Source: an uncultured delta proteobacterium
Lineage (GTDB): Bacteria; Desulfobacterota; Syntrophobacteria; BM002
Reading direction: 5' to 3'
DNA length: 64,000 bases
Assembly (NCBI GenBank): GCA_963712115.1
Contig: CAVQGX010000003.1
Location: 65,443 to 129,442 of the forward strand
The position numbers were made by a program, and so were the translations under genes. The notes beneath the pieces were generated by a model. The model searched no databases. It had not been told where the DNA came from and saw only the letters and a program-made list of their open reading frames with translations. Positions 11,286 to 21,732 of this stretch are shown here, in pieces; within the stretch, counting starts at the first letter, position 1, and each line of letters opens with the position of its first letter.

Positions 11286-11594
11286 CTAGTTCCTTTTCTG
11301 CTCTGCCCTGCACAGAATGCCCGGACCAGGGTATCCCTGGCAGACCCAGGGTCTCACGGGGTAAATTTTGCAAATAGCTTTTTCTTTGTCATATTTGAGG
11401 AAGGGACAGGGTGTGACCCCTAAGTCCATAGGTTCGATTTCCCCAGAATATTCATTGCCCTGGAAACCGTACAAACCAAGGAAGTCATCTAAGTCCATAT
11501 TCAAGTGAGCAGCAACAAGATGAACGTCTAATTCCGACCAGGGAATCCCTATCTCCTTGCAGCATTTCCCACATCTCTGACAGTTGAAATCCAT
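11286..11594 (-). CDS. YkgJ-family cysteine-cluster protein
   Basis: CQRCGKCC...CPFL...CKIYPVRPWVC. Confidence 0.85.
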   Translation of the reverse strand: MDFNCQRCGKCCKEIGIPWSELDVHLVAAHLNMDLDDFLGLYGFQGNEYSGEIEPMDLGVTPCPFLKYDKEKAICKIYPVRPWVCQGYPGPGILCRAEQKRN

Positions 11595-11603
11595 TGAACA
11601 CCA

Positions 11604-12614
11604 CTATGTCACCAGGGAAGCACGGAGTTCCTCCACCTCGGGTCTTTTCCACTCCCGCTGGCGCAGGTAGGTGGGGGGGGGCTCAAAGGGGCGAATGCAA
11701 TCTTCTAGCCTCTCACCCATAATGCGAATTCCAGCCAACGAACCCTGACCCAAGCCGCCCGTTATGGCGTGGTGAAGATAGCCCACTTCCATGGGATCGA
11801 AACCCATAATTCGTGTTGCAATGCTATCAGCAGCAACGAAATCGGTGGAAGCCACGGCAAGACGGAGATCCACTGGCTTTCCCTGCGTGGGCCCCGGCCC
11901 TTCCATGGCGGTAAAACCGTCCAGAATTGCCAGGTGAACGGGGTAGGTTCTGGCGATGAGGAAGAGATTGTAATTCAAGGTGGGATAGGTTTGATGCATG
12001 GTCACCTTGTCGCTCCGAAGGATATGTTTCACTACCCAACCCATGCCGCGGGGATAGAGGGCATCCCGCGGCCGGACCCAGTGGCTCAGCCTGTGCGATA
12101 GCTTATCGAGATTTACTACACCCTGGCTTATTAGACTTCCCATAACCATGTTTTTCAACGACAAGGTGACGATTACCGCATCGTGGGTCTTCATCGGCGT
12201 CAGGGAGATGCGACAATCGCTTTCCGCCACGGTTCGGGCAAAGCGCAGAGTCATTGGCTGCAAGTCCCTATCAACCACCTTGACCTCCACCCACTGGTCG
12301 CGGTTGAGGTCCACCAACCGCGCCCCGTAACCTTTGGCCACCTCGGCCAGCCCATATATCTCAAACCCTTTCATTGAATCGGCATAGGCAGAGCCTTCAG
12401 CCACCACAATCTCCCTGTCTGTGCGCTGGCGGATAAATTCCAACACCGCATCGAGGGCTTCGGCATGGGTCCCAGACAGAGGTTTTGTTACCGACACCAT
12501 GTTGGGTTTGACCACAATGCGTTCCCCGAAACTGATCTGATCTTCTATCAGCTCAAGAGCTTTGAGGATATTCTGCCGCCGCTCATCACCCTTTACCAAG
12601 GAAACATCCGACAC
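11604..12614 (-). CDS. DUF362 family protein
   Basis: VKPN, KTH, LSLKN, DGFTAMEGPGP, VAAD motifs. Confidence 0.85.
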   Translation of the reverse strand: MSDVSLVKGDERRQNILKALELIEDQISFGERIVVKPNMVSVTKPLSGTHAEALDAVLEFIRQRTDREIVVAEGSAYADSMKGFEIYGLAEVAKGYGARLVDLNRDQWVEVKVVDRDLQPMTLRFARTVAESDCRISLTPMKTHDAVIVTLSLKNMVMGSLISQGVVNLDKLSHRLSHWVRPRDALYPRGMGWVVKHILRSDKVTMHQTYPTLNYNLFLIARTYPVHLAILDGFTAMEGPGPTQGKPVDLRLAVASTDFVAADSIATRIMGFDPMEVGYLHHAITGGLGQGSLAGIRIMGERLEDCIRPFEPPPTYLRQREWKRPEVEELRASLVT

Positions 12615-12709
12615 GATGCTATCTCCTTATCGATAGCGGATTACATGAAATTATGGGTTTATTTTATCCCTTCCCATCCTCCTTGGCCAGCTCATTAGAA
12701 AGAACATCT

Positions 12710-12845
12710 GAAATTTCAAATTCCAAGCACCAAATTACAAACAAATTCCAAATCCCAATACTAAATGACCAAAACAGGTTTGGAATTTTGAAGCGTTGGT
12801 CATTGTGATTTGTTTGGAATTTGCGATTTGTTATTTGGATTTTTC
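12710..12845. repeat. ~130 bp palindromic periodic repeat element, copy 1
   Basis: caaat-rich left arm and atttg-rich right arm; similar to 20112-20232. Confidence 0.75.
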
Positions 12846-13442
12846 AGTCCCTTCAGTTGCCTTGGTCACTTCTTCCTCAGTGACCACCATCTGCCGCAGT
12901 TTGCTGTAAAGCTCATAAGCCGCCATCCCCCGGGGATGCCCCCGTGAGGCGATCGAGTCTACCCTTAGAAGCTCGAGGAGGAAGGGAAATCGGGGGTCGG
13001 TAACAAACTTTTTTTGCCGCCGGGAAGCCTGCTCTGGGGCTGTCAAATTCCAGGAAAGATGGAAAGTGTGATGACGGATCGCCCATACAATCAGCGCCTT
13101 TCGCTCTGGATTCATTTGGAGTCTTTGTAATATCCTTGTCGCTATCTCGGCTCCCACGGCATGGTGACCGTGAGCCGTTATTCTCTCACCGTCGTCTTTT
13201 GTTGTTAGAGGTTTGCCCACGTCATGAAGAAGGGAGGCCCAGAGGAGATCGGGCTCGCAGTCTGGGGGACAAGCTTCTACTGCTAATCTGGTGTGATTGG
13301 CCACATCGCCCTCAGCGTGGTATTGAACCGGTTGCGGAGTGCAACTGAGCTCGGCAAGCTCAGGGATAGCCTGAACCACCCTGTCCCACCAACCAGGATT
13401 TCTCTGTCGCAGCTCTTTCTCTATTGGTTCAAATGGTTTCAT
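12831..13442 (-). CDS. HD-domain protein
   Basis: HAEGDVANH, LLHDVGK, GHH, HH and D motifs. Confidence 0.85.
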   Translation of the reverse strand: MKPFEPIEKELRQRNPGWWDRVVQAIPELAELSCTPQPVQYHAEGDVANHTRLAVEACPPDCEPDLLWASLLHDVGKPLTTKDDGERITAHGHHAVGAEIATRILQRLQMNPERKALIVWAIRHHTFHLSWNLTAPEQASRRQKKFVTDPRFPFLLELLRVDSIASRGHPRGMAAYELYSKLRQMVVTEEEVTKATEGTEKSK

Positions 13443-13562
13443 TCGGGCAAAGAAGGAACCTTCACGGTTTTCTCGCCAACCCGCAAGGATTCACACATCT
13501 ATGCAGTTTACCTATATGTGTAAGGAGAGTCAATTTAGTTAGGGAAGAAGTAAGGCCCAGGG

Positions 13563-15014
13563 CTAGGAATCCATCCTGCCGTGGCTGGACCGCTTGAGGG
13601 AGAGGACAAAATCATAGAACGTCCCAGTTGTAAGATAGATGACTGTTGTCTGCGGGCCAAAGGAGATTTCGTCACCATCTGACAAGTTGTATGTCACGTG
13701 TGGTGCTATGTTTGTGTCGTTGAGAAAGGTGCAGTTGGTGGACTTCAAATCCACCACATAGGCACCCCTGTCAGAAAGTGGGAAATAGAGGAAGGCGTGT
13801 GATTTGGAAATAGTTTTGTTGTAGAGGACGATATCATTACTCGCTGCTCGACCAATGGTTACCACCCCTTCATCGCTGTCAATTTTTTTCTTATTGATCT
13901 CGATAACCCTAGCTTCCAGAAAATCTTTTATCATAAGGGCATCGGGAAGCTGATTTCGGACCCTTGGAACATCTATTTCATTTGTACTGAACTGGAAGAT
14001 GACATTGTGGTCAAAATCCAGTCGAAATCTTTCCACGAAGAAACCTTTTGGATAAATCTCCGAAAACTCAGCTAATGACATCTTCTCCAGAAGGCTTAGG
14101 TAGTGGGCAAGTTTCTTGTATCTTATTTTGCCGGCAACCTCTGTTTCTCCTACCCTTTTGAACTGCTTGAAACTTCTGATGAACTGTATGCCAACACCTT
14201 CATTTTCTTCATCGACCCTGGTTATTATCCCCGGTCCCACCATTTCGACGGCGGCATACTGCTCAGAGAAGACTGAGGGGAGAGATATTGCTACTGATAC
14301 CTGGTCGTCAGGTTTGAAATTTCCCCATTCTTTGGTCTTGATGAAGGTTCCAACCTGGCTGATATTTTCTGTAACCCCCTCTATGAAAGAACCTTTTTGT
14401 CCTTTGGACAGTCTGGCAGGAAAGTGACCTGTACACCTCATGTACTCTCTGTTGTGCCTTATTTCATTGATTTCTCTACTTTTTGCGTTCTCAACAGAAA
14501 GATTGTCGTTGTGTAATCCGGGATTACCTTGTATCCTCAATGACTTAATAAAGAACTCCGCCTCATCATAGTTGCCTTGAGATTTGTGTAAGTCCGCCAA
14601 GTTGCCCAAGATCTGAGATAGTTGAGTATTCTCCTGCCCAAGGCCGTATTTTTTGATAGCCAAGGCCCGTTCAAAAAAGGACTCTGCCTGGGAGTACTTC
14701 CGCTTGGCGAGATTGAGTAGCACCAGTTTGTTTAAATATTGGGCAGTATCAGGGGATTCCGGCCAAAGCACAACGCCTTGGCGCTGAGACAATGTGTGCT
14801 CGAAAATGGCAGCTTCAGCCTCCTTGGCCTGGGAGTAGCAGATCAATGCCAAATTGTTCAAAGACTCTGCAACATTAGAGTGATCGGGGCCAAATGCTTT
14901 CTCGGCAAACTCCAGAGTTTCCTCTGCCACTTTTTCCGCTATGGCATACCAACCCTGTTGATAGAAGGCTACCACTCTAGCGGTAAGAGTATTCCATTTT
15001 TTAAGTAGTCTCAT
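13563..15014 (-). CDS. TPR-PilZ-FHA multidomain protein
   Basis: Kinesin-light-chain-type TPRs; NREYMR and NISQVG PilZ motifs; FHA motifs IGR, SKSHA, STN. Confidence 0.8.
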   Translation of the reverse strand: MRLLKKWNTLTARVVAFYQQGWYAIAEKVAEETLEFAEKAFGPDHSNVAESLNNLALICYSQAKEAEAAIFEHTLSQRQGVVLWPESPDTAQYLNKLVLLNLAKRKYSQAESFFERALAIKKYGLGQENTQLSQILGNLADLHKSQGNYDEAEFFIKSLRIQGNPGLHNDNLSVENAKSREINEIRHNREYMRCTGHFPARLSKGQKGSFIEGVTENISQVGTFIKTKEWGNFKPDDQVSVAISLPSVFSEQYAAVEMVGPGIITRVDEENEGVGIQFIRSFKQFKRVGETEVAGKIRYKKLAHYLSLLEKMSLAEFSEIYPKGFFVERFRLDFDHNVIFQFSTNEIDVPRVRNQLPDALMIKDFLEARVIEINKKKIDSDEGVVTIGRAASNDIVLYNKTISKSHAFLYFPLSDRGAYVVDLKSTNCTFLNDTNIAPHVTYNLSDGDEISFGPQTTVIYLTTGTFYDFVLSLKRSSHGRMDS

Positions 15015-15054
15015 CTAACTAACCTTGCGTGTTTACTATCCCTCGCTACCCAAC

Positions 15055-15071
15055 AGCAAAAAGAGTGCCAA
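15055..15071 (-). promoter_or_regulatory. sigma54 (-24/-12) promoter of the TPR-PilZ-FHA gene
   Basis: Minus strand reads TTGGCACTCTTTTTGCT (GG-N10-GC), ~40 bp upstream of the start. Confidence 0.65.
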
Positions 15072-15373
15072 TGCACGGGTTTTTGGTGCAGAGCGATAGG
15101 TATCTATGATTATTGAGTGAATATTAAGATTAGGGTTGAAATGCGCTGTCGCACAACAGTTTTAAATTAGGGGAGGGGCCTCATTAAAAGCAGATTTTCT
15201 TACTACCACAATCGAATCTCGTATTATCAATAACACCCAATAGGTATACAAAGAAACACGTTGAAATTAATTGACCGGAACTATGTGCACTAAAGCTGAC
15301 AGCAATCAGAGTTTAACAGTTCCTCACCAAAGAGAGCAAAGTGGGAATGGAGTATTGGAGTGATGGTGCCACC

Positions 15374-15811
15374 TTAATCGGAAAATAAAGTCTTAAAGTA
15401 TGGTTGGTTAGAGCCTTGTTGAAATGTTTTGTGGCTGAGGATTCCCTCAGAGTTAAAAAAAAGTGCGAGAGAGTCATAGCGCACCAGGGTACCGTAGGCA
15501 GAAGCGTCGAAACTTGTTCTAAGCAAACTACTCAAAGGAATAGGAAATCCCACCTTTATCCGGTTTCTGTAAAGCAAGGCCCTTTCATAAATGAGCAGGT
15601 TCTCCATCCCTACTTTGTCCACATTGTCCGGAGCACCAATTAAAGATAGCACTTCACCCAAGGTCGTTTTGCCGACCTCTAACCGATCATTGGGAAGGAC
15701 AACTTCATCTCCCTCCACGTACCGAGAAATCTGATAGGTTATGCAACCGCTCAAGAAAAAGCCTGCAACAAGTAGGAAAAATGCAGTAAAAATCTTAACG
15801 CGGGAGTCCAT
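15374..15811 (-). CDS. SmpA/BamE-like lipoprotein
   Basis: Lipobox LSGC; GKTT..EV...IGAPD. Confidence 0.65.
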   Translation of the reverse strand: MDSRVKIFTAFFLLVAGFFLSGCITYQISRYVEGDEVVLPNDRLEVGKTTLGEVLSLIGAPDNVDKVGMENLLIYERALLYRNRIKVGFPIPLSSLLRTSFDASAYGTLVRYDSLALFFNSEGILSHKTFQQGSNQPYFKTLFSD

Positions 15812-16175
15812 ATTTCGCCTTGTCGGCGTCGAGGCTGAGGCCGTAGTGAGTCAGAGTGTCATTGAGATCAAAGAAAAAAACCAGTTGGTCGTGCTGCTTT
15901 TCAGCATTTCCAAGGGTGATTAGAACCAACCAGCACACCGTGCCCTTGGTGACAGTTCGTTTGTAGACATAAGCATTGCCATTAGCCAGCTCCACCACCT
16001 CGCTTGGGGCGCCAAATATCTCAGTCACTTCTGAAGCTTTTGTCTGTCCCGGGGACAGTTTGTCAAGCTCCTTGGAGTCGAAGGGCTGGAATTGCTTATT
16101 CTTTCCTATGACGATGCAGCCCGAGAGTAAGCTGGTGATTAGAAGAACAGCCAAAATCTTAACTGTTGATCTCAT
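15795..16175 (-). CDS. SmpA/BamE-like lipoprotein
   Basis: Lipobox LSGC; GQTKASEVTEIFGAP. Confidence 0.7.
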   Translation of the reverse strand: MRSTVKILAVLLITSLLSGCIVIGKNKQFQPFDSKELDKLSPGQTKASEVTEIFGAPSEVVELANGNAYVYKRTVTKGTVCWLVLITLGNAEKQHDQLVFFFDLNDTLTHYGLSLDADKAKYGLPR

Positions 16176-16546
16176 CCGATTTTCTCCAGCATTGATTGAC
16201 CGGCTTTATTTTCTTTTTTTTGCGCCGCAACAAAGCCCCGGATAAATTGGCGAACAGTACTGGAGACCCGGGTGAAACGGATACCCATGCCACATGGAGG
16301 CAAATCTTTATCTGAGCAGACTACCTGCAGCCATGCCACTTCAGCACTGGCACTCAAAGGGCTGTGGTTGGGCGCTACAATGAGAAGCTTGAACCTTTCC
16401 TTTGGCCTAAGTGGCTTGTCGCAGCGGATGAAGGCTCCATTGGTGCCGATATTTTCCATTTCTGCCACCATGCCCCCGTAGGTATGCTGCACTACAGCCG
16501 GCCAATCAACGTTCACTCTGGCGTGGCGCCGTCTTTCTTTTGCCAT
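16172..16546 (-). CDS. PilZ-domain protein
   Basis: ERRRHAR, NIGTNG, GMGIRF. Confidence 0.85.
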   Translation of the reverse strand: MAKERRRHARVNVDWPAVVQHTYGGMVAEMENIGTNGAFIRCDKPLRPKERFKLLIVAPNHSPLSASAEVAWLQVVCSDKDLPPCGMGIRFTRVSSTVRQFIRGFVAAQKKENKAGQSMLEKIG

Positions 16547-16854
16547 AAGCCACCTCCTTGCTTATGGAGGAGTTTTTTTGCACGACTCTTGCTCTAGGGA
16601 CAATGGGATTGCCTTCTACCAGAGTGGCTGAGGCTTGTCAAGGTTGTCGAATCCATGACTCCTCTCATCCTTTTAAACCCTAAGACCCCATTGATAACCC
16701 TTCTTATCAGATGAGATTCAATTTATCTGTTCTATTCCACCTCGGTGGTTGAGAAATGCGAGGAATTTTACTATATTCCTTTCTTTGCATGGTTTTATTT
16801 GCCAAAGCCAACCATTTTAGCTAATTCTAGACAATTGCCTTGGGGGATTAAGAA

Positions 16855-17334
16855 GTGACGCTTACCAACTGCAATAAGTTGCTGCCACTTGCAGCAATAT
16901 GGCTGGTTTTGACCTTGGGCTACGGGTGTTCTGCCTGCATTGGCTCTTCTCTGTTTGGCCCGTCAGTGACGGTTGGCTCGAGCGCGGGCCAGGCTGGAGT
17001 CTCACGTTTCGAAGGTGGCAAGCTAAAAAGCTTTGAGGTCGCCCGGTACGAGGACGTAGTTGCAGCGGCTCGCCGCGCTGGAGAGGCAATCTCACTAGAA
17101 CTTCGAAGAGAAGCCACGGATGTAGATAAAACCACACTCCATTACATAGCCGGCAAGAACGAGGAAGTGAAAGTGCTTATCGAACGCCGAACCGATACTC
17201 TCACTTACATTCAGATCGACGTAGGTTTTTTTGGCTCTAAGGGGTTGGCTATCGTCATGATCAACCAGATCAGTCACGAGATAGCAAGTGAGGGAAAGTA
17301 TTTACAGGAATGGTCGCACCAACAGGTCATCTAG
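16855..17334 (+). CDS. DUF3568-like lipoprotein
   Basis: Signal peptide with Cys; C-terminal IQIDVGFFG. Confidence 0.55.
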   Translation: MTLTNCNKLLPLAAIWLVLTLGYGCSACIGSSLFGPSVTVGSSAGQAGVSRFEGGKLKSFEVARYEDVVAAARRAGEAISLELRREATDVDKTTLHYIAGKNEEVKVLIERRTDTLTYIQIDVGFFGSKGLAIVMINQISHEIASEGKYLQEWSHQQVI

Positions 17335-17348
17335 CCCTCCCATGAGGT

Positions 17349-17666
17349 TCACTGGCACCGTGCGGGACCACTGCCGTAGTCTGCCAGTTCAATTCGGTGA
17401 ACAACCCCCCCCTTTAAGGTAATAATCCGCATAAATCTCAACGAGCCGCAGTTGTAAGTCCACTTTTCTACAATCAACCCATCTGTATTCAGGACTTCTC
17501 TGAGATCCGGTTCTCCACACCTTTGGAGCAACTCTATGGTGGGATCACCAACCCGGACTAATTGGTTGCCACACCGAATTGATCTAGCCCAGCTTGGTGC
17601 GGCCAGAAGTAAGACTATACTTGTCAGAGCCGTCAGGCTTATCAACTTTACTGTTTTTCGTTTCAT
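17349..17666 (-). CDS. DUF2845-like secreted protein
   Basis: IRCGNQLVRVGD...CGEPD...EKWTYN. Confidence 0.75.
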   Translation of the reverse strand: MKRKTVKLISLTALTSIVLLLAAPSWARSIRCGNQLVRVGDPTIELLQRCGEPDLREVLNTDGLIVEKWTYNCGSLRFMRIITLKGGVVHRIELADYGSGPARCQ

Positions 17667-17840
17667 ACCTTTTACTTCCTTAGGGTATCGGCTTTCCACT
17701 AGGGATAAGTTCTAAGGCGCGAGATGTCAAGAATTGCCAAGATGTTGACTAACATAGTATGGACGGTTAAGCTCAAATGCGTTTCAGCCTCTACTTTCCA
17801 TCAGAGGGATAATTGGGGTCCATGAAAGGAAACATTATTG

Positions 17841-19073
17841 ATGTTTAGAAAAAAACCTATGAGAAAAAAGCCATTTCTCTCGGCTCTGCTCTTTTTAAGT
17901 CTTCTTTTAGTCCTCGCCAGTTTTACTGCGAAAAAGGAATACCAAATCAAGAGTGGGCCCCCCTCAACAGCCAAAAACATCATCTTGATGGTTCCCGACG
18001 GCATGGGCCTTGCCAATGTCACTGCAGCTCGCATTTTTAAACACGGCTCGGAGGGAGGAAACCTCTATCTAGAGACACTGTCAACTATCGGCTACCAGAG
18101 AACCCATTCCGCCGATAGTTCGGTGACCGATTCTGCCGCTGCCGCCTCCGCCTGGGCGAGTGGCGATAAGTTCCGAAACGGAGAAATTTCCTGTCATGAC
18201 GATGATCAAGACGGCAAATGCAAGCCCACACCTGGCCCTACAATCCTGGAAACTGCCAAAGATAAGGGTAAGTCAACCGGTTTAGTGGTCACCTCCACTG
18301 TTACCCATGCCACTCCCGCCGCCTTTGGCGCCCACGTTTCATCGAGGGATTGCGAGAAAGAGATCGCCCGGCAGTATGTTCAGGTCACAGGAGTGGATGT
18401 AATCCTGGGAGGTGGACTGAAGCATTTCAATTCCACTGACAACCAGGCCGACAAGTGTGGCACTTTCGGCAACTTCATTGCAGACGCTGAGAATAACGGC
18501 TATGACGTCGTTTACACTGGGAAAGAACTGGATAGTGCAGTTGCAAAGGGCTCAAAAAAGATTCTTGGGCTTTTCACCCTAAAAGGAAAAACTCCTGAAC
18601 TGTTCCGGGTTAATCCGGCAGAATACTATAGGAAAGAGGAGCCAACCCTGCCACAAATGACAGCAGCAGCGCTCAAGGTGTTAGAAAAAGATGAAGATGG
18701 TTTCTTTCTCCTGGTGGAAGGCTCTCAGATCGATTGGGCAAACCACCGGAACGATGTTGCTTATCAGGTCGGTGAAACCCTCGCCTTTGACCATGCCGTC
18801 CAGAGAGTACTTGATTGGATCAATGATGAGCCAAGTCGAAGGCAGCACACCCTCTTAATTATCGTACCCGATCACGAAACTGGTGGCTTCGCCATCAATG
18901 ATACCAGTGGGGGCAAGTACCAACCCGGCGATTTGGTGCATGGGGCCTGGGCCACAAAAGACCACACGGCTGGAGACGTATTGATCTGGAGCCAGGGTCC
19001 GGGAAGCGAATATTTAGGAAGGGCTGTGGATAACACCGATCTGTACAAAGCAATGCGGGAGGTTCTGAGATGA
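17841..19073 (+). CDS. phoA: Alkaline phosphatase
   Basis: DGMG, TDSAAAA active Ser, THATPA, EGSQIDWANH, DHETGG, HT motifs. Confidence 0.9.
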   Translation: MFRKKPMRKKPFLSALLFLSLLLVLASFTAKKEYQIKSGPPSTAKNIILMVPDGMGLANVTAARIFKHGSEGGNLYLETLSTIGYQRTHSADSSVTDSAAAASAWASGDKFRNGEISCHDDDQDGKCKPTPGPTILETAKDKGKSTGLVVTSTVTHATPAAFGAHVSSRDCEKEIARQYVQVTGVDVILGGGLKHFNSTDNQADKCGTFGNFIADAENNGYDVVYTGKELDSAVAKGSKKILGLFTLKGKTPELFRVNPAEYYRKEEPTLPQMTAAALKVLEKDEDGFFLLVEGSQIDWANHRNDVAYQVGETLAFDHAVQRVLDWINDEPSRRQHTLLIIVPDHETGGFAINDTSGGKYQPGDLVHGAWATKDHTAGDVLIWSQGPGSEYLGRAVDNTDLYKAMREVLR

Positions 19074-19430
19074 AATCCGCAATCCCCAGTTCTAAATGCC
19101 TAAAATGTCTAAAGTGTCTAAAATGCCTAAATTAAGGTAATGGGTTTAGAAGGTGAGTGACAGCGACCCATTGCCCATTACCAATCACCTATCTATAACC
19201 TGCTTGACGCTGCGAGCTAGAAACGTCCATTGACTTCTGATCTCTGACCTCCGACCTCTGTCATCTGTCTCTGTCCTCTGACCTCTGATCTCCGACTTCT
19301 GCCATCTTTCTTCTGACTCCTGACTCCTGACTCCTTACTCTATGCCCCATGCTCCATGCCCTATGCCCTTTGCCTTGAGCCTTAAGCCCTGAGCCTTGCG
19401 CCTCTCTGCAATCTCCAATCTAAAATCTAT
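19073..19430. repeat. Intergenic periodic-repeat patchwork
   Basis: (ctaaaatgc/t)n 9-mers; ctgacct/ctgactc and ccatgct/ctatgcc 7-mers. Confidence 0.75.
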
Positions 19431-20089
19431 AGGTGTCCGTATTTATCTAAAGCCTCGAGTAGCGGCGTACCCATGCGAATATCCTTTCTTGCTCTGGAAT
19501 CTTTTTCTGCCCATTCCAAGACTTGAGCCTCTATCTTATTGACCAATTCGGCAGGAAGGATGATAACTCCGTCGTCATCGGCGACAACTATGTCACCCGG
19601 CCTTACCTCCACCCAATCTTTTAAGGCTCCACGGACACGAATCACCACCTGACTGTCTGTGACACGCCAGCGGCCGATTGCCTGGGCAGGAGTGTGGTAG
19701 CGAACCATCATAGGCAGGTCCAAGGACTTAAGGTAGGCCAGATCTCTTACCCCACCGTCTACCACCACCCCGGCACAGCCCCTTGCTCTCATAGCCTCTG
19801 AGAGCAAATCGCCAAAACAACAGACGCCCCGAATATCATTACCTGCCCATACCGGGACAACCCCCGGAACCATTGCATCGATGGCAGCCAGCTTTGCTCT
19901 GTCACCCTTTCCCGACCACCGATGTGACTCTCCAGTGATGGTGTAGGCTGGACCAGCGAATCTTATTCCCGGACCGGGTATGGGAACAAGGGAGTTGTCC
20001 AAAACGGGCGGCAAATGCCCCAGCTTATCGAAGACATCAGAGATAACGGCTGTTCCTGCTTCCATTAGAGATTGAATCGAGCTTGCCAT
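19427..20089 (-). CDS. RraA / HMG-aldolase family protein
   Basis: FGDLL, VVDGGVRD, PGDIVVADDDGV. Confidence 0.88.
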   Translation of the reverse strand: MASSIQSLMEAGTAVISDVFDKLGHLPPVLDNSLVPIPGPGIRFAGPAYTITGESHRWSGKGDRAKLAAIDAMVPGVVPVWAGNDIRGVCCFGDLLSEAMRARGCAGVVVDGGVRDLAYLKSLDLPMMVRYHTPAQAIGRWRVTDSQVVIRVRGALKDWVEVRPGDIVVADDDGVIILPAELVNKIEAQVLEWAEKDSRARKDIRMGTPLLEALDKYGHL

Positions 20090-20111
20090 TTACTGACCTC
20101 CAGAGTCATAT

Positions 20112-20232
20112 GAAATCCCAAAATCCAAACACCAAATCACAAATAAATCTCAAATTCCAATACCAAATGACCGAAACAGGTTTGGAATTTGTGATTTGTT
20201 TGGAATTTGTGATTTGTTATTTGGGATTTTCA
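20112..20232. repeat. Palindromic periodic repeat element, copy 2
   Basis: Shares aaatgacc-aaacaggtttggaattt-gtgatttgtttggaatttg with 12710-12845. Confidence 0.75.
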
Positions 20233-20308
20233 GTCACTCAAATATTCCAGTACTCCAAAACAGCTCACAATCTATTGACCTGACCCAAAGAGCAAGGTTT
20301 CCGGGATC

Positions 20309-20767
20309 TTAATAAAGCACCTTAAGCTTTGCATCAATTAGTTGTTTGTGGCTGAGACGTAACAATTTGGCTAATTTATGAACCAAATAATCTTCATGTT
20401 TATCTAATATTCCATCTGTGTATATAACCTGCCAGACTGTCTCAATAACTTCGATTTTCTCCTCAGTTGAATAGTTCTCATTTATAAGTTTTGCGAACTG
20501 CCACAAGTCTATACTTTTTTCCAGTTCATCTTCGGCCGCTTTCATGAGCGCAGCAGCATGTTCAGCTGATAATTGATAATTATTTGTTAATACCTCAACA
20601 ATTCTCTCTTTCTCTAATTCGCTGAATTCACCATCTATGTTTGCCATCTCGAGAAGTAGAGCACAAGTTGCTATTCTAACATCAGGAGAAGTTGGCACAC
20701 TCTTACCAGCAGAAGCATCATTGGTGGTTTTTGTGAAAAACTTTTTCAGTAGATCTATCATTTTCAA
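20309..20767 (-). CDS. TerB-family protein
   Basis: ALLLEMANIDG..E; LW..DG..DKHED...LA.LL. Confidence 0.85.
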   Translation of the reverse strand: MKMIDLLKKFFTKTTNDASAGKSVPTSPDVRIATCALLLEMANIDGEFSELEKERIVEVLTNNYQLSAEHAAALMKAAEDELEKSIDLWQFAKLINENYSTEEKIEVIETVWQVIYTDGILDKHEDYLVHKLAKLLRLSHKQLIDAKLKVLY

Positions 20768-21039
20768 TCCTTAAATTCAGTAGTCAGTAGCCAGTAGTCA
20801 TCCGCAGTCGGCAATCCGAAATCATCTACCCCTTGACCTCTTTCTTCTGACTTCTGGCTCACACACTCTGACTCTTTCTTCTGACTCCTGATCCTACTGA
20901 GTAGTCAGCGGTAAACGGTAAACAGTAAACGGTAAACAGGGAGAACGCTTTTAACGAATTAACTAATCCACTAACCAACAAAACTCTATGCTCTATGCCT
21001 CCCTAAATCCGAAATCCGATATCCCAAATCCGAAATCCC

Positions 21040-21732
21040 TCAGTACCTTATGGCCTGCACAACGAAATATATCCCCAAGATGACCATAAAAAACGAAGAT
21101 ATCTTATAAATTATATCTCTTCTCTTCAGCCAGCCTAGGTCGGCAAGTTTCGCTACGACCAGCAGTGAAGGAATAGTCCCCAGCCCGAATGACAGCATTA
21201 GTCCTGCACCGATTAATGAGCCCTTGAATGTGCTCTGGACTTCCATTCCAGCCCGGGCTGCAGCTATAAGAGCTGTATAAACCGGCCCGCATGGGAGCAA
21301 CCCCAGAAGCATTCCTAGGGGGTAGTAGGTAACCGTTGATCTTGTCTCAGAGAGTCGGCGAAAAGTTCGAGATAGTAGACCCCCGGGATTGTAATAGTCC
21401 CTGAAGATTGAACCCAAAGGTATCCATCCGGCCATAGCAAGTCCCATCACGATAATTAAAATGCCGGTGAAGATCATCACACCTTTCTGCAGGTTGGCAA
21501 TACGGGCGGTAACTGAGGTAAAGGAGCCGGTCGCCCCCATGAAGCCACCGAGCAAACCGTAGGTGGTGATACGGCCAGTGTTGTATAGAAGATGAGGTAT
21601 GATAACGCCCCGTCCCTTCAAGCTGAGTGAAAGAGAAGCGACAATGGGTCCACACATTCCAATACAATGACCGAAACCAACAGTGAAACCGGAGCTAAAA
21701 AGGATAAGATAGATAGTTTCAGTAGACGACAT
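21040..21732 (-). CDS. DsbD_2/TauE-like membrane protein
   Basis: HCIGMCGP, YNTGR..TY, LLPCGPVY, FGLGT. Confidence 0.85.
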   Translation of the reverse strand: MSSTETIYLILFSSGFTVGFGHCIGMCGPIVASLSLSLKGRGVIIPHLLYNTGRITTYGLLGGFMGATGSFTSVTARIANLQKGVMIFTGILIIVMGLAMAGWIPLGSIFRDYYNPGGLLSRTFRRLSETRSTVTYYPLGMLLGLLPCGPVYTALIAAARAGMEVQSTFKGSLIGAGLMLSFGLGTIPSLLVVAKLADLGWLKRRDIIYKISSFFMVILGIYFVVQAIRY

